The notes below the pieces were generated by a model, which searched no databases, had not been told where the DNA came from, and saw nothing but the letters and a program-made list of their open reading frames with translations. The translations under genes and the position numbers were made by a program. Shown here piece by piece: positions 1 through 9,275 of a stretch of DNA of 64,000 nucleotides. How positions within the stretch are numbered: position 1 is the stretch's first letter; every line of letters begins with the position of its first letter. Source of the DNA: Acidobacteriota bacterium (GTDB lineage: Bacteria; Acidobacteriota; Vicinamibacteria; Vicinamibacterales; UBA2999); contig CAUJDN010000132.1 in NCBI GenBank assembly GCA_963169195.1, positions 9,382 through 73,381 of the forward strand, given 5' to 3'.

Positions 1-374
1 CCCATGCCGGCGGCCTGGAACTGCTCCTTGAACGTGTCGAAGCTGCCGAACGACGCGTCGATGGCGTCGGCCACGTCGCCCGTCGGAGCGCCGCCGGCGT
101 TCGGGCCCATCAGCTTCCAGAACATCGAGTGGTTCCAGTGGCCGCCGCCGTTGTTGCGGACCGCGGTGCGGACGCCCTCGGGGACGGCCGCGAGATCCCG
201 CAGCAGGGCGTCGAGGCCCTTGTCGTGCAGTTCGGGGTGCTTGTCGAGCGCGGCATTCAGGTTCGTGACGTACGCCTGGTGATGCTTCCCGTGGTGTATC
301 TGCATCGTCTGCGCGTCGATGTGCGGCTCGAGTGCCGCGAAGTCGTACGGCAGGGCTGGCAGTGTATGGGCCAT
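1..374 (-). CDS. sodA: Mn-type superoxide dismutase, N-terminal ~124 codons; 3' end runs off the left edge
   Basis: Hand translation of the minus strand from ATG at 372-374: [43 protein letters not shown]...[26 protein letters not shown] upstream. Absent from the ORF track because the stop is off-window. Confidence 0.9.
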   Translation of the reverse strand, partial: MAHTLPALPYDFAALEPHIDAQTMQIHHGKHHQAYVTNLNAALDKHPELHDKGLDALLRDLAAVPEGVRTAVRNNGGGHWNHSMFWKLMGPNAGGAPTGDVADAIDASFGSFDTFKEQFQAAGM

Positions 375-389
375 GTGCAATCAACTCCT

Positions 390-1535
390 CTAGGTAATTG
401 TAAGCATCCTGTCGAGCGCGACCCGCGCAAACTTCTTGTCGCGATCCGGCACGACGATGTGGTTGTGCACGTCGCCGGCGACCAGGCCCTCGAGCACCCA
501 GAGCAGGTGGTTGGGCGAGACGCGGAACATCGTCGAGCAGAGGCAGCCCATCGAATCCAGCGACAGTACGGTCTTCGCAGGCGCCATCTCCTCGGCCAGG
601 CGATGGACGAGGTGCACCTCGGTGCCAACGGCCCAGGTCGTGCCGGCCGGCGCCTCGCGCACGGTCTTCAGGATGTACTCCGTGGAGCCGAAGTCGTCCG
701 CTGCGCGGAGCACGTCGTGCGGCACCTCCGGGTGCACGATGACGCGCACGCCGGGATGCTGCGCCCGCACGGCCTCGATCTGTTTCACCGTGAAGCGCAC
801 GTGCACGGAGCAATGCCCTTTCCACAGGATGAGCTTGGCCTTCTCCACCTGGTGGCGCGTGAGGCCGCCGAACGGCTCGAACGGATCCCAGACGACCATC
901 TCGTCGGGCGGCACGCCCATCTTCCACGCGGTGTTGCGGCCCAGGTGCTGGTCCGGCAGGAAGAGGATCTTCTCCTTCTGCCTCCAGCCCCAGGCGAGCG
1001 TCGCGGCCGCGTTGGAGGAAGTACACACGGTGCCGCCGCGCTCGCCGACGAACGATTTGATCGACGCCGCAGAGTTGATATACGTGACCGGCACGACGCG
1101 CGAGGCCATGCCCAGCTGCTCGAGCTCGGACCAGCAGACCTCCAGCTGGTCCGGCGTGGCCATGTCGGCCATGGAGCAGCCGGCGGCGAGGTCCGGCAGG
1201 ATTACCTTCTGGTGCGGCAGGCTGAGGATGTCGGCGCTCTCGGCCATGAAGTGCACGCCGCAGAAGACGATGAACGAGGCCTGCGGGTGCTTCGCGATTT
1301 CGCGGGCGAGCTTGAAGGAGTCGCCAGTGTGGTCCGCGAAGCGGATCACCTCGTCGCGCTGGTAGTGGTGGCCGAGGATGACGAGACGGTCGCCGAGGGT
1401 GGCGCGGGCCGCCGCGATGCGCGCGGCCATCTCGTCATCCGGCAGGCCGAGGTACTGCTCCGGGAGCGGCTGACGCTCGCCGATGCTGGCCTTCTCCACC
1501 TCGGTCAGGACTGGCAGGAACGTGGCCGTGCTCAT
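390..1535 (-). CDS. nadA: quinolinate synthase NadA
   Basis: Internal ATG (MSTATFLPVL...) of ORF 390..1883. Typical NadA blocks: VILGHHYQRDEV, FCGVHFMAESADIL, GCSMADMA, YINSAASIKSF, WKGHCSVH. Confidence 0.9.
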   Translation of the reverse strand: MSTATFLPVLTEVEKASIGERQPLPEQYLGLPDDEMAARIAAARATLGDRLVILGHHYQRDEVIRFADHTGDSFKLAREIAKHPQASFIVFCGVHFMAESADILSLPHQKVILPDLAAGCSMADMATPDQLEVCWSELEQLGMASRVVPVTYINSAASIKSFVGERGGTVCTSSNAAATLAWGWRQKEKILFLPDQHLGRNTAWKMGVPPDEMVVWDPFEPFGGLTRHQVEKAKLILWKGHCSVHVRFTVKQIEAVRAQHPGVRVIVHPEVPHDVLRAADDFGSTEYILKTVREAPAGTTWAVGTEVHLVHRLAEEMAPAKTVLSLDSMGCLCSTMFRVSPNHLLWVLEGLVAGDVHNHIVVPDRDKKFARVALDRMLTIT

Positions 1536-1600
1536 CGTCGCGGTGCCTCGTCGGTCGTGCCGGCTTGCGGGATTGTGAAAAGTTTCGCAATCTCCGGACA

Positions 1601-1642
1601 CGAAAAAGACCAAACGCACAGCCCGGGTGGCCGCGCGCTTGG
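1601..1642 (-). terminator. intrinsic terminator-like hairpin after the radical-SAM gene
   Basis: Minus strand: CCAAGCGC (1642-1635), 17-nt loop, GCGTTTGG (1617-1610; one G-U pair), then TCTTTTTCG. Confidence 0.55.
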
Positions 1643-1663
1643 CCTGCGATCGACTATAGCACG

Positions 1664-2776
1664 TCAGACGTGCGCCAGGTGCGGCACGCGGACGACGTTG
1701 TAGAGCGTGTCGCGCTCGACGGGCTCGCGGCCGGCGTCGAGGATGAGCCGCTCGATGTCGCCGGTGGAGAGCGCCGTCGGCGTGGACGATCCGGCCATGT
1801 GGTAGATGGTCTCTTCCTGCACGGTGCCGTCCAGGTCGTCGGCGCCGAACCACAGCGCCGTCTGCGCCACCTCCACCCCGCACGAGATCCAGTACGCCTT
1901 GATGTGATCCACGTTGTCGAGCAGCAGGCGAGCCACGGCGAGCACGCGCAGCGTATCGGCCGCGGAGGGCGCCGGGAGCTTGCGCATCTGGTTGTTGTCC
2001 GGGTGGAACGCCAGCGGGATGAACGCCTGCAGACCGCCCGTCTCGTCCTGCAGCGCGCGGATGCGCACCAGGTGATCCACGCGCTCGTCAATCGTCTCGA
2101 TGTGCCCGTACAGCATCGTCATGTTCGTGCGCATGCCGAGACGGTGGGCCGTCCGGTGAATCGAGAGGTAGCGATCCCCGTCGCACTTGTCGTGGCAGAT
2201 CTTCTGCCGGACGCGTGGCGCGAAGATCTCCGCGCCTCCGCCGGGCAGCGAGTCGAGCCCCGCCTCCCGCAATTCGACGAGCACCTGCTCGTCGGTCTTC
2301 CCATAGAGATCCGCGAAGAACGCGATCTCCACCGCGGTGAAGCACTTCAGGTGGACGTCCGGGCGCACCTGCTTCAGCCCGCGCAGCAGGGCCGTGTAGT
2401 AGCTGAAGGGCAGGTCGGGGTGCAGCCCGTTGACGATGTGGATCTCGGTGAGGGGCTCGTGGACGCGCGCCTGGAGCTTCGCAACCACCTCGTCGATGGT
2501 GCTGGTGTAGGCGCCGTCACCGCCCGGCTTGAGCCGCGCGAACGAGCAGAAGAGGCACGACGCCGTGCAGACGTTGGTGGCCTCGAGGCGGAGGTTGTGG
2601 TTGAAGTAGGTGCGGGCCCCGTGGCGCCGCTCGCGCTCGCGGTTGGCGAGCCAGCCGAGCGCCAGCAGGTCGGGCGCGTGGAACAGCTGCCGCCCCTCGT
2701 CGAACGTCAGGCGCTCGCGGGCCTCGACCTTGTCGGCAATCCCGGCGAGTCCCGCAGACTTCAGGCGCGCAATCAT
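1664..2776 (-). CDS. radical SAM enzyme of the futalosine menaquinone pathway (MqnE/MqnC, CofH-like family)
   Basis: 370 aa. CxxxCxxC (CTASCLFCSF) and family-typical blocks (IHIVNGLHPD, MLYGHIET, GADDLDGT). mqnB and mqnD occur elsewhere in the window. MqnE and MqnC cannot be told apart by eye. Confidence 0.8.
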   Translation of the reverse strand: MIARLKSAGLAGIADKVEARERLTFDEGRQLFHAPDLLALGWLANRERERRHGARTYFNHNLRLEATNVCTASCLFCSFARLKPGGDGAYTSTIDEVVAKLQARVHEPLTEIHIVNGLHPDLPFSYYTALLRGLKQVRPDVHLKCFTAVEIAFFADLYGKTDEQVLVELREAGLDSLPGGGAEIFAPRVRQKICHDKCDGDRYLSIHRTAHRLGMRTNMTMLYGHIETIDERVDHLVRIRALQDETGGLQAFIPLAFHPDNNQMRKLPAPSAADTLRVLAVARLLLDNVDHIKAYWISCGVEVAQTALWFGADDLDGTVQEETIYHMAGSSTPTALSTGDIERLILDAGREPVERDTLYNVVRVPHLAHV

Positions 2777-2822
2777 CGAAGGAGGCGTCGAGGGCGGTCT
2801 CGACTCCCGACTCCCGGACGTA

Positions 2823-3326
2823 TCAGCTAATCCCCCACACCTGCGCGCGCAGCGTGCGCGCGCGGGGGCCGTCCAGCTCGGCCATGAGGATGCGCTGCCA
2901 CTGCCCCAGCACCACTTCGCCGCCGCTGATCTGCAGCGTGAGCGAGTGGCCCAGCAGCATGGCGCGCAGGTGCGAGTCGGCGTTCATGCGGTCGCAATCC
3001 GAGTGATCCGGATCGTTGTGCATGTAGTACCGATCGCGGGCCACCATTTCTTCCAGGAACTTCTTGATGTCCACGAGCAGGGCGCGCTGGAACTCGTTGA
3101 TGAAGACGGCGCAGGTCGTGTGCATCGACCAGAGGGTGATCATGCCCTCCTTGATGTTGAACTGCCGGACGTAGGTCATGACCCTGTCGGTCAGGTCCAC
3201 GAGCTCGATGCGATCGTCCGTGTCGATGACGAAATTCTCACCGTGAATCACAAGGCCGCCAGCCGTCGCGGAGGCCACCTTCTGCACGGGGGTCTCGCGG
3301 ACGGTCACGGTCGAACTCTTGCTCAT
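2823..3326 (-). CDS. yjbQ: YjbQ/UPF0047 family protein (secondary thiamine-phosphate synthase-like)
   Basis: Internal ATG (MSKSSTVTV...) with AGAGGA RBS. Motifs MHTTCAVFINE, DSHLRAMLLG, GQWQRI. Confidence 0.75.
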   Translation of the reverse strand: MSKSSTVTVRETPVQKVASATAGGLVIHGENFVIDTDDRIELVDLTDRVMTYVRQFNIKEGMITLWSMHTTCAVFINEFQRALLVDIKKFLEEMVARDRYYMHNDPDHSDCDRMNADSHLRAMLLGHSLTLQISGGEVVLGQWQRILMAELDGPRARTLRAQVWGIS

Positions 3327-3521
3327 GCGTTCCTCTTTGTGGTCGGCCCTGATTGGCGGGGCGTCATGATGGCAAACACAAACTCTGTATTCTATCCCCA
3401 AACCCAGCCCAGCGGCACGGGAACGTTACAGAGCCGGTAACCCCATGTGCAGCCACCTGTTAGCACCGGCCCTCCGGCGGCACCAGGGCCGCCGGCCGGC
3501 GCCATTCTGCCATGCTACAAT

Positions 3522-3745
3522 CCGCCTGACAACCGACGCGTTCCAGGCGGTCAGGGAAGCTGGGTGCAAAGCCCACACGGTCCCGCCACTGTAAGCGGGG
3601 AGCGCGCGTCCGATCCCTCCGCCGTCGCCGCCCGGAATGCCTGGCGGCCCTCGGCGAGACGTCACTGTCGCCTCCGGCGATGGGAAGACGCCGGGCGCGC
3701 GTGACGATCCGCAAGTCAGGAGACCTTCCGCCACGGAATCCGTCC
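3522..3745 (+). promoter_or_regulatory. cobalamin (B12) riboswitch
   Basis: Core GGTCAGGGAAGCTGGGTGCAAAGCCCACACGGTCCCGCCACTGTAAGCGGGGAGCG (3549-3604) and B12 box AGTCAGGAGACCTTCCGCC (3714-3732). TACAAT -10-like hexamer at 3516-3521. Lies directly 5' of a TonB receptor gene. Confidence 0.85.
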
Positions 3746-3803
3746 TTCGGCCCATCCGCCATGTCGGCGGGGGCACCGGCGCGGGTCACGCCGGGGAGGC
3801 GCC

Positions 3804-6080
3804 ATGCACTGCCCATCCCGCCTGTGCAGACAGGCTCCGCTCTTCCTTTCGCTGTTCCTCTCGATCGCCGTCCCGGCCCTGGCCCAGGATGCGGCGCTCC
3901 GCGGGCGCGTCGTCGATCCGGACGGGCATCCCGTCGCCGGGGCGGCCATCGTGGTCCAGGGACCGACGGCGTCGCCGCAATCCACTCTTTCGGACGCCAC
4001 CGGCACGTTCGAGGTGACGGCGCTTGCACCCGGCCGTTACACCGTGCACGCCTCCGCGCCGGGCCTCGGCGCCCCAGTCCAGGAAGTCGTGATCGAGTCC
4101 GGCACCCCGGTGGACGTCGCGCTCGCCCTTCGCCTGGCCGCCGTGGACGAGCATCTGGTAGTCACGGCCGCGCAGGTGGACCAGCCGCTGTCGCGGGTGC
4201 CCGACAGCACGACCGTCATCGCCGGCGCCGAACTGCGGGCGCGCCAGCAGTTCACGGCCAGCCAGGCCCTTCGCTCCGTACCCGGCCTCGTCGTCCAGCA
4301 GAACGGGGGTCCCGGAGCCGTGGCGTCGCTCTTCACGCGCGGCGGCGAGTCCGACTACACGCTCGTTCTCGTGGACGGCATCCGTGCGAACGGCTTCGGC
4401 GGCGGAATGGACCTCTCGCAGCTCCCGCTGGCCGACGTGGATCGCATCGAGGTCGTGCGCGGCCCGCAGAGCGCGCTCTACGGCGCGGACGCCATCGGGG
4501 GCGTCGTGCACGTCATCACGCGCAGCGGCGGCGTGCCATCGGCACAGGGACTTCTGGAAGGCGGCAGCCGCGCGATGCGCCGCGCCGCCGCATCCACGGC
4601 CGGCGAGCACCGCGGCGTTCGCTGGCAGGCCGGCGGCGACTACTTCGAGGAGGGGGGCTTCACGGGCCGCGCGGCCAACGGCGAGCTGGTCACGAACGAC
4701 GATGCGTGGACGGCACAGGGGGCGGTGACGCTGGGCTGGCGTGCCGCCCGAAGCGGCGCGGATCTGCAGGGCACGCTGCGCTACCTGGAGACCAGCCGCG
4801 GCTCGCCCGGCCCGTATGGCGCCGATCCCGCGGGGCGCTTCTTCGGCGTGGACCGCACGGCACGCACCCGGACGGATCGCCTGAGCGGCGGCCTGCGATG
4901 GATTCAGCCGTGGTTCGGCGCCTCGAGCCGCGTCCGCCAGCGCACCGAGGTGGACGCCGCGGACTACGATCTGGTGTTCGAGAGCGCGTTCCCCTCCGAG
5001 GGCGAATCGCGACGCACGCACGTGCGCACGCAGACCGACGTGGCCGCGGCCCCGGCCCTCGGGCTCACCGGCGGCATCGAGTGGCTGGGCGAGGAAGGCG
5101 GCAGCACCTACATCACGGCGGGCACCGCCGGTGAAGTGCCCGTGAAGCGCAGCGTGCTGGGACTCTTCGCCGAGGCGCGCTGGCAGGCGTCCGCCCGGCT
5201 GAGCGTCACGGCGGGCGTGCGCGGCGAGCGGATACATCGCGACGCGTTTCCGGGCGATCCGTCCGCCTTCACGCCGCGCCCCGACTTCCCGGCCGAGACG
5301 CTGACCTCGGTGAACCCGAAGCTGGCCGCCAGCTGGATGGTGGCCGGTGATCCGGCAACCTCGCGGGCGTGGACGCGCGTGCACGGCGCCGTGGGCACGG
5401 GCATCAGGCCGCCGGATGCGTTCGAGATGGCCTTCACCGACAACTCCGGCCTGAAGCCCGAGCGCAGCCGCAGCGCGGACATCGGCGTCGCGCAGGTGCT
5501 GGCCGGGGGCGCCCTCCTCCTGGATGCCACGGCGTTCCTCAACACCTACGACGACCTCATCATCTCGGTCGGTCGGACATTCGCGGGCGCCAGCCGCTGG
5601 AGCACCGACAACATCTCCAACGCGCGCGCCCGGGGCGCGGAGCTCTCCGCCGCGTGGCGCCCGGGCGTGGGCCTCTCGCTGCAGGTCGCGTACTCGGTGC
5701 TCTCCACGGAGATCCTTGCCGTGGACGGCTCATCCTCCGCGCCGCCGCCCTACGCTGTGGGCGATCGGCTGCTGCGCCGTCCCAGTCACCAGGCGTCGAT
5801 CGACGCGTCGTGGACGCGCGACCGCCTGGCGGCGTTCGCCCAGGTCCTCGTGCGCGGCGAGACGCTCGACGCGGAGCCAGCCTGGGGCCCGACCGGCGGG
5901 CTCTACACGAACCCCGGCTACGGCACGGCGAGCCTCGGCGCGTCGGTCCGCCTCGCGGGCGGCGTCACCGTGCTGGCGCGGGTGCTGAACCTCTTCGACC
6001 GGGCGTACGAAGAGGTGCTGGGCTACCCGGCGCCTCGGCGGACGGCCTATGTGGGAGTGCGCCTTGCTGCGGGCCGATAG
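3804..6080 (+). CDS. btuB: TonB-dependent receptor with N-terminal CarboxypepD_reg-like domain (cobalamin receptor by riboswitch context)
   Basis: 758 aa. Signal peptide ...AVPALAQD, then GRVVDPDGHPVAGAAIVV (carboxypeptidase-regulatory fold). Plug motifs LVVQQNGGPGAVASLFTRGG and IEVVRGPQSALYGADAIGGVVHVIT. GGGGAGG RBS. Confidence 0.85.
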   Translation: MHCPSRLCRQAPLFLSLFLSIAVPALAQDAALRGRVVDPDGHPVAGAAIVVQGPTASPQSTLSDATGTFEVTALAPGRYTVHASAPGLGAPVQEVVIESGTPVDVALALRLAAVDEHLVVTAAQVDQPLSRVPDSTTVIAGAELRARQQFTASQALRSVPGLVVQQNGGPGAVASLFTRGGESDYTLVLVDGIRANGFGGGMDLSQLPLADVDRIEVVRGPQSALYGADAIGGVVHVITRSGGVPSAQGLLEGGSRAMRRAAASTAGEHRGVRWQAGGDYFEEGGFTGRAANGELVTNDDAWTAQGAVTLGWRAARSGADLQGTLRYLETSRGSPGPYGADPAGRFFGVDRTARTRTDRLSGGLRWIQPWFGASSRVRQRTEVDAADYDLVFESAFPSEGESRRTHVRTQTDVAAAPALGLTGGIEWLGEEGGSTYITAGTAGEVPVKRSVLGLFAEARWQASARLSVTAGVRGERIHRDAFPGDPSAFTPRPDFPAETLTSVNPKLAASWMVAGDPATSRAWTRVHGAVGTGIRPPDAFEMAFTDNSGLKPERSRSADIGVAQVLAGGALLLDATAFLNTYDDLIISVGRTFAGASRWSTDNISNARARGAELSAAWRPGVGLSLQVAYSVLSTEILAVDGSSSAPPPYAVGDRLLRRPSHQASIDASWTRDRLAAFAQVLVRGETLDAEPAWGPTGGLYTNPGYGTASLGASVRLAGGVTVLARVLNLFDRAYEEVLGYPAPRRTAYVGVRLAAGR

Positions 6081-6852
6081 CGTCACGTTCCGCTACCACG
6101 CCGGCACGCCCGTGGTCGTGGACGGCGTGACGCTGGAGGTGGGCCGCGGGGACCTGATCGGCATCCTCGGCCCGAACGGTTCCGGAAAGACCACGCTGCT
6201 GCGCCTGTTGAGCGGCACGCGCCAGCCCACCTCGGGGCGCGTGCTGTTCGACGGGGAGCCCATGGCCCACCTGTCACGGCGGGAGATCGCACGCCGCCTG
6301 GCCGTGGTGCCGCAGGAGACGGAGCTGGCCTTCGAGTACAGCGCGCTCGAGATCGTGCTGATGGGACGGCACGCGCACCTGGGCCTCTTCGAGGTGGAAG
6401 GCCCGCGCGACTACGTCCTCGCCCGTGAGGCGCTGGCCGCCACGGGCACCGCGCACCTCGAAGACCGCGAGTTCCATACGCTGAGCGGCGGCGAGAAGCA
6501 GCGCGTGGTGATCGCCGCGGCGCTGGCGCAGGCCTCCGACGTGCTCCTGCTGGACGAGCCCACGGCGTCGCTGGACCTCGGCTACCAGCTGGACATCGCG
6601 GCGCTGCTCGCCGCGCTCAACCGCGATCGCGGCGTGACCATGGCCATCTCGACGCACGACCTGAACCTGGCGGCGTCCATCTGCCGGCACCTGGTGATGA
6701 TGCGGAACGGACGAGTCCTCGCCAGCGGCCCGACGCAGGACGTGCTGACCCCGGCGCACGTGCGCGCGCTCTACGACGTGGACGCCGACGTGCACGTCCA
6801 CGAAGCGACCGGCCACATGACGGTGGTGCCCGTCCGCCGCCTGCGCCCATGA
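6049..6852 (+). CDS. btuD: ABC transporter ATP-binding protein (FecE/BtuD family)
   Basis: Walker A GPNGSGKTT, signature LSGGEKQR, Walker B VLLLDEP. Alternative TTG start at 6064. The symbol is assigned from riboswitch context only. Confidence 0.85.
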   Translation: MWECALLRADSVTFRYHAGTPVVVDGVTLEVGRGDLIGILGPNGSGKTTLLRLLSGTRQPTSGRVLFDGEPMAHLSRREIARRLAVVPQETELAFEYSALEIVLMGRHAHLGLFEVEGPRDYVLAREALAATGTAHLEDREFHTLSGGEKQRVVIAAALAQASDVLLLDEPTASLDLGYQLDIAALLAALNRDRGVTMAISTHDLNLAASICRHLVMMRNGRVLASGPTQDVLTPAHVRALYDVDADVHVHEATGHMTVVPVRRLRP

Positions 6853-7850
6853 GCCTGCGCCGGCGGCTCCTCACCGTCGTCGGACTCTTCGGCGCGGGAG
6901 CCCTCGCGGTGATCCTCTGGGCGCCGACCGTGGGCAGCACGCCCATCTCGCTGGCGCGCGCATTCGACACGGCGCAACCCTGGGCCGACAACGTGGACGC
7001 GCAGATCTTCTTCGTCGCGCGGCTGCCGCGGGTGCTGGCCGGCGCGCTCATCGGCGCCGCGCTGGCGGCCGCCGGCGTGGTGCTGCAGGCGCTCATGCGC
7101 AATCCGCTGGCCACCCCGTTCACGCTGGGCGTCTCGGCGGGCGCGGCGCTCGGTGCCATGCTCGCCATCGCCCTCGGGCTGGACGTCGGGGCGCTCGGTG
7201 TCTCGTCGGTGCCCGTCGCCAGCTTCCTGGGCTCGCTCGCCGCCATCGCCGTCGTCTACGGGCTGGCGTCGTCGCAGAAGCGCGGGCTCTCGACCAACGT
7301 GCTGCTGCTGGCGGGCGTCACGCTCAACTCGTTCTTCTCCGCGCTCATCCTGTTCGTCCAGTACCTGGCGGACTTCGCGGAGTCGTTCCGCGCCGTGCGG
7401 TGGCTGATGGGCGACCTGGACGTCGGCGGCTACGGCCCCATCGTCGCGGCCGCGCCGTTCATCGTGGCCGCCTTCGTCGTGTTCGCGATGCTGCCCCGCG
7501 CGCTCAACCTCCTGACGATGGGCGAGGACATGGCGGCGAGCCGGGGCGTGGAGGTCGCCAGGACGCAGCGGTGGGCCTTCTTCAGCGCATCGCTGGCCAC
7601 CGGCGCGGCGGTGTCGCTCGGCGGCCCGGTGGGGTTCATCGGGATCGTGGTGCCGCACCTGGTGCGGCTGGTGGTCGGCTCGGACCACCGCGTCGTGCTG
7701 CCCGCCGCCACGCTCTTCGGCGCGGCGTTTCTCGTGCTCTGCGACCTGGTGGCGCGAACAGCCATGGCGCCGCTGGAGATCCCCGTCGGCATCATCACCG
7801 CCCTCATCGGCGGGCCCTTTTTCCTCTGGTTGCTGGTGAGGCAGGCGTGA
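6849..7850 (+). CDS. btuC: FecCD-family ABC permease (BtuC-like)
   Basis: 333 aa polytopic membrane protein. ATGA overlap with the upstream ATPase gene. Typical RLPRVLAGALIGAALA and GFIGIVVPH blocks. Confidence 0.85.
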   Translation: MSLRRRLLTVVGLFGAGALAVILWAPTVGSTPISLARAFDTAQPWADNVDAQIFFVARLPRVLAGALIGAALAAAGVVLQALMRNPLATPFTLGVSAGAALGAMLAIALGLDVGALGVSSVPVASFLGSLAAIAVVYGLASSQKRGLSTNVLLLAGVTLNSFFSALILFVQYLADFAESFRAVRWLMGDLDVGGYGPIVAAAPFIVAAFVVFAMLPRALNLLTMGEDMAASRGVEVARTQRWAFFSASLATGAAVSLGGPVGFIGIVVPHLVRLVVGSDHRVVLPAATLFGAAFLVLCDLVARTAMAPLEIPVGIITALIGGPFFLWLLVRQA

Positions 7851-7942
7851 GAACAGAGACGACGAAGGCATCAAGGACACGAAGGTCGGCACGAAGGGTC
7901 TTGCAGGGAAGCCAAGCCGTCTCCGCCCCTGGGAGACGCTTC

Positions 7943-8770
7943 GTGACCTTCGTGATTCTCGTCGTGGCCCTCGTGGTTTCCTTGTCGGCTCAGGCCCCCC
8001 GGCGGGTCATCTCGCTCGTGCCGGCCGTGACCGAGATGCTCTTCGCCATCGGCGCAGGTTCGCAGGTGGCGGCGGTCAGCAGCTACGACCAGGACCCTCC
8101 GGAGGTGAAGGCGCTGCCCCGGGTCGGAGCGCTGCTCGACCCGGACGTGGAGCGCATCCTGTCGCTCCGGCCCGACCTGGTGATCACCTACGGGTCGCAG
8201 ACCGATCTGCAGGTGCAGCTCGCGCGCGCGGGAATCCCGTTCTTCGACTACCGCCATGCCGGGCTGGCGACCATCACGGCAACCATGCGCGCCCTCGGCG
8301 CGCGCACCGGACACGCGCGGGAAGCCGAGGCGGCGGCCCTCGGCATCGAATCGCGCCTGGCGGCCATCCGCGCGGCGAATGCGGGCCGGCCGCGGCCCCG
8401 CACGCTGCTCGTGTTCGGCCGCGAGCGCGGCACGCTCCGCAATGTCTACGCCAGCGGTGGGCGGGGTTTCCTGCACGACATGCTGGAGGCGGCCGGAGGC
8501 GTGAACGTCTTCGCGGACGTGGACCGCGAGTCGGTGCAGGCCAGCACGGAGCTGATCCTCGCACGCGCGCCGGACGTCATCCTGGAGATGCGGTCCGCCG
8601 ACGTCCTGACGACGGAGGAGGCCACGCGCGAGGCCGCGAGTTGGGCGTCCCTGGCATCGGTGCCGGCCGTGCGGCAGACACGCGTGGTCGTGCTGACGGG
8701 CCGGGGCCTCACCGTGCCCGGACCGCGCGTGGCCGACGTCGTGCAGCGCATGGCGGACGCACTCCGGTGA
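7943..8770 (+). CDS. btuF: periplasmic substrate-binding protein (Peripla_BP_2, BtuF-like)
   Basis: In the frame of ORF 7400..8770. GTG at 7943 has a GGGAGA RBS 6 nt upstream; TTG at 7901 is the alternative. Hydrophobic leader, then RRVISLVPAVTEMLFAIG...RPDLVITYG. Confidence 0.8.
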   Translation: MTFVILVVALVVSLSAQAPRRVISLVPAVTEMLFAIGAGSQVAAVSSYDQDPPEVKALPRVGALLDPDVERILSLRPDLVITYGSQTDLQVQLARAGIPFFDYRHAGLATITATMRALGARTGHAREAEAAALGIESRLAAIRAANAGRPRPRTLLVFGRERGTLRNVYASGGRGFLHDMLEAAGGVNVFADVDRESVQASTELILARAPDVILEMRSADVLTTEEATREAASWASLASVPAVRQTRVVVLTGRGLTVPGPRVADVVQRMADALR

Positions 8771-9249
8771 AGACGCTCCTCTCCTGGTCGTCCGGGAAGG
8801 ATTCTGCGTGGGCCCTGCACGAGCGCCGCATGGCCGCCGCCGTTCGCGACGCGGTGGACGCTGGTTTCACACACATCGCGTTCGGCGATCTCCACCTGGA
8901 GGACATCCGTCGCCATCGCGAGGCGCGCCTGGCAGGGTCGGGTTTGGAACCGCTGTTCCCCCTCTGGAACCACGGCGGCACCGCGAGCCTGGCGCACGAG
9001 ATGATCGCCGCAGGGCTCGAGGCACGGATCACGTGCGTCGATTCACGGACGCTCGACCGCTCGTTCGCAGGCCGCCGCTTCGACACCGCCCTGCTGGCCG
9101 ATCTCCAGGGCGGCGTGGATCCCTGCGGCGAGAACGGCGAGTTCCACACGTTCGCCTTCGCTGGGCCGATGTTCCGCGCGGCGATCGACGTCGGCGTTGG
9201 CGCCGTGATCGAGCGCCAGGGATTCGTGTTCGCCGAACTGCTCGGATGA
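8767..9249 (+). CDS. adenine-nucleotide alpha-hydrolase (DUF71 / Dph6-like ATP pyrophosphatase), apparently internally shortened
   Basis: GTG start overlaps the btuF stop (GTGA). LSWSSGKDSAWAL P-loop, GDLHLEDIR, CGENGEFHTF. Only about 160 aa; the segment normally between the SGGKDS loop and the GD motif seems to be missing. Confidence 0.6.
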   Translation: MKTLLSWSSGKDSAWALHERRMAAAVRDAVDAGFTHIAFGDLHLEDIRRHREARLAGSGLEPLFPLWNHGGTASLAHEMIAAGLEARITCVDSRTLDRSFAGRRFDTALLADLQGGVDPCGENGEFHTFAFAGPMFRAAIDVGVGAVIERQGFVFAELLG

Positions 9250-9275
9250 GGCCTGCCACGCATCGGGGCCGGGTC

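Noticed and set aside
3460-5384. Several 100-530-aa ORFs overlapping the riboswitch and the TonB receptor on both strands
   Set aside because: They overlap a clear riboswitch and a clear receptor gene. Their sequences are low-complexity Arg/Pro/Gly.
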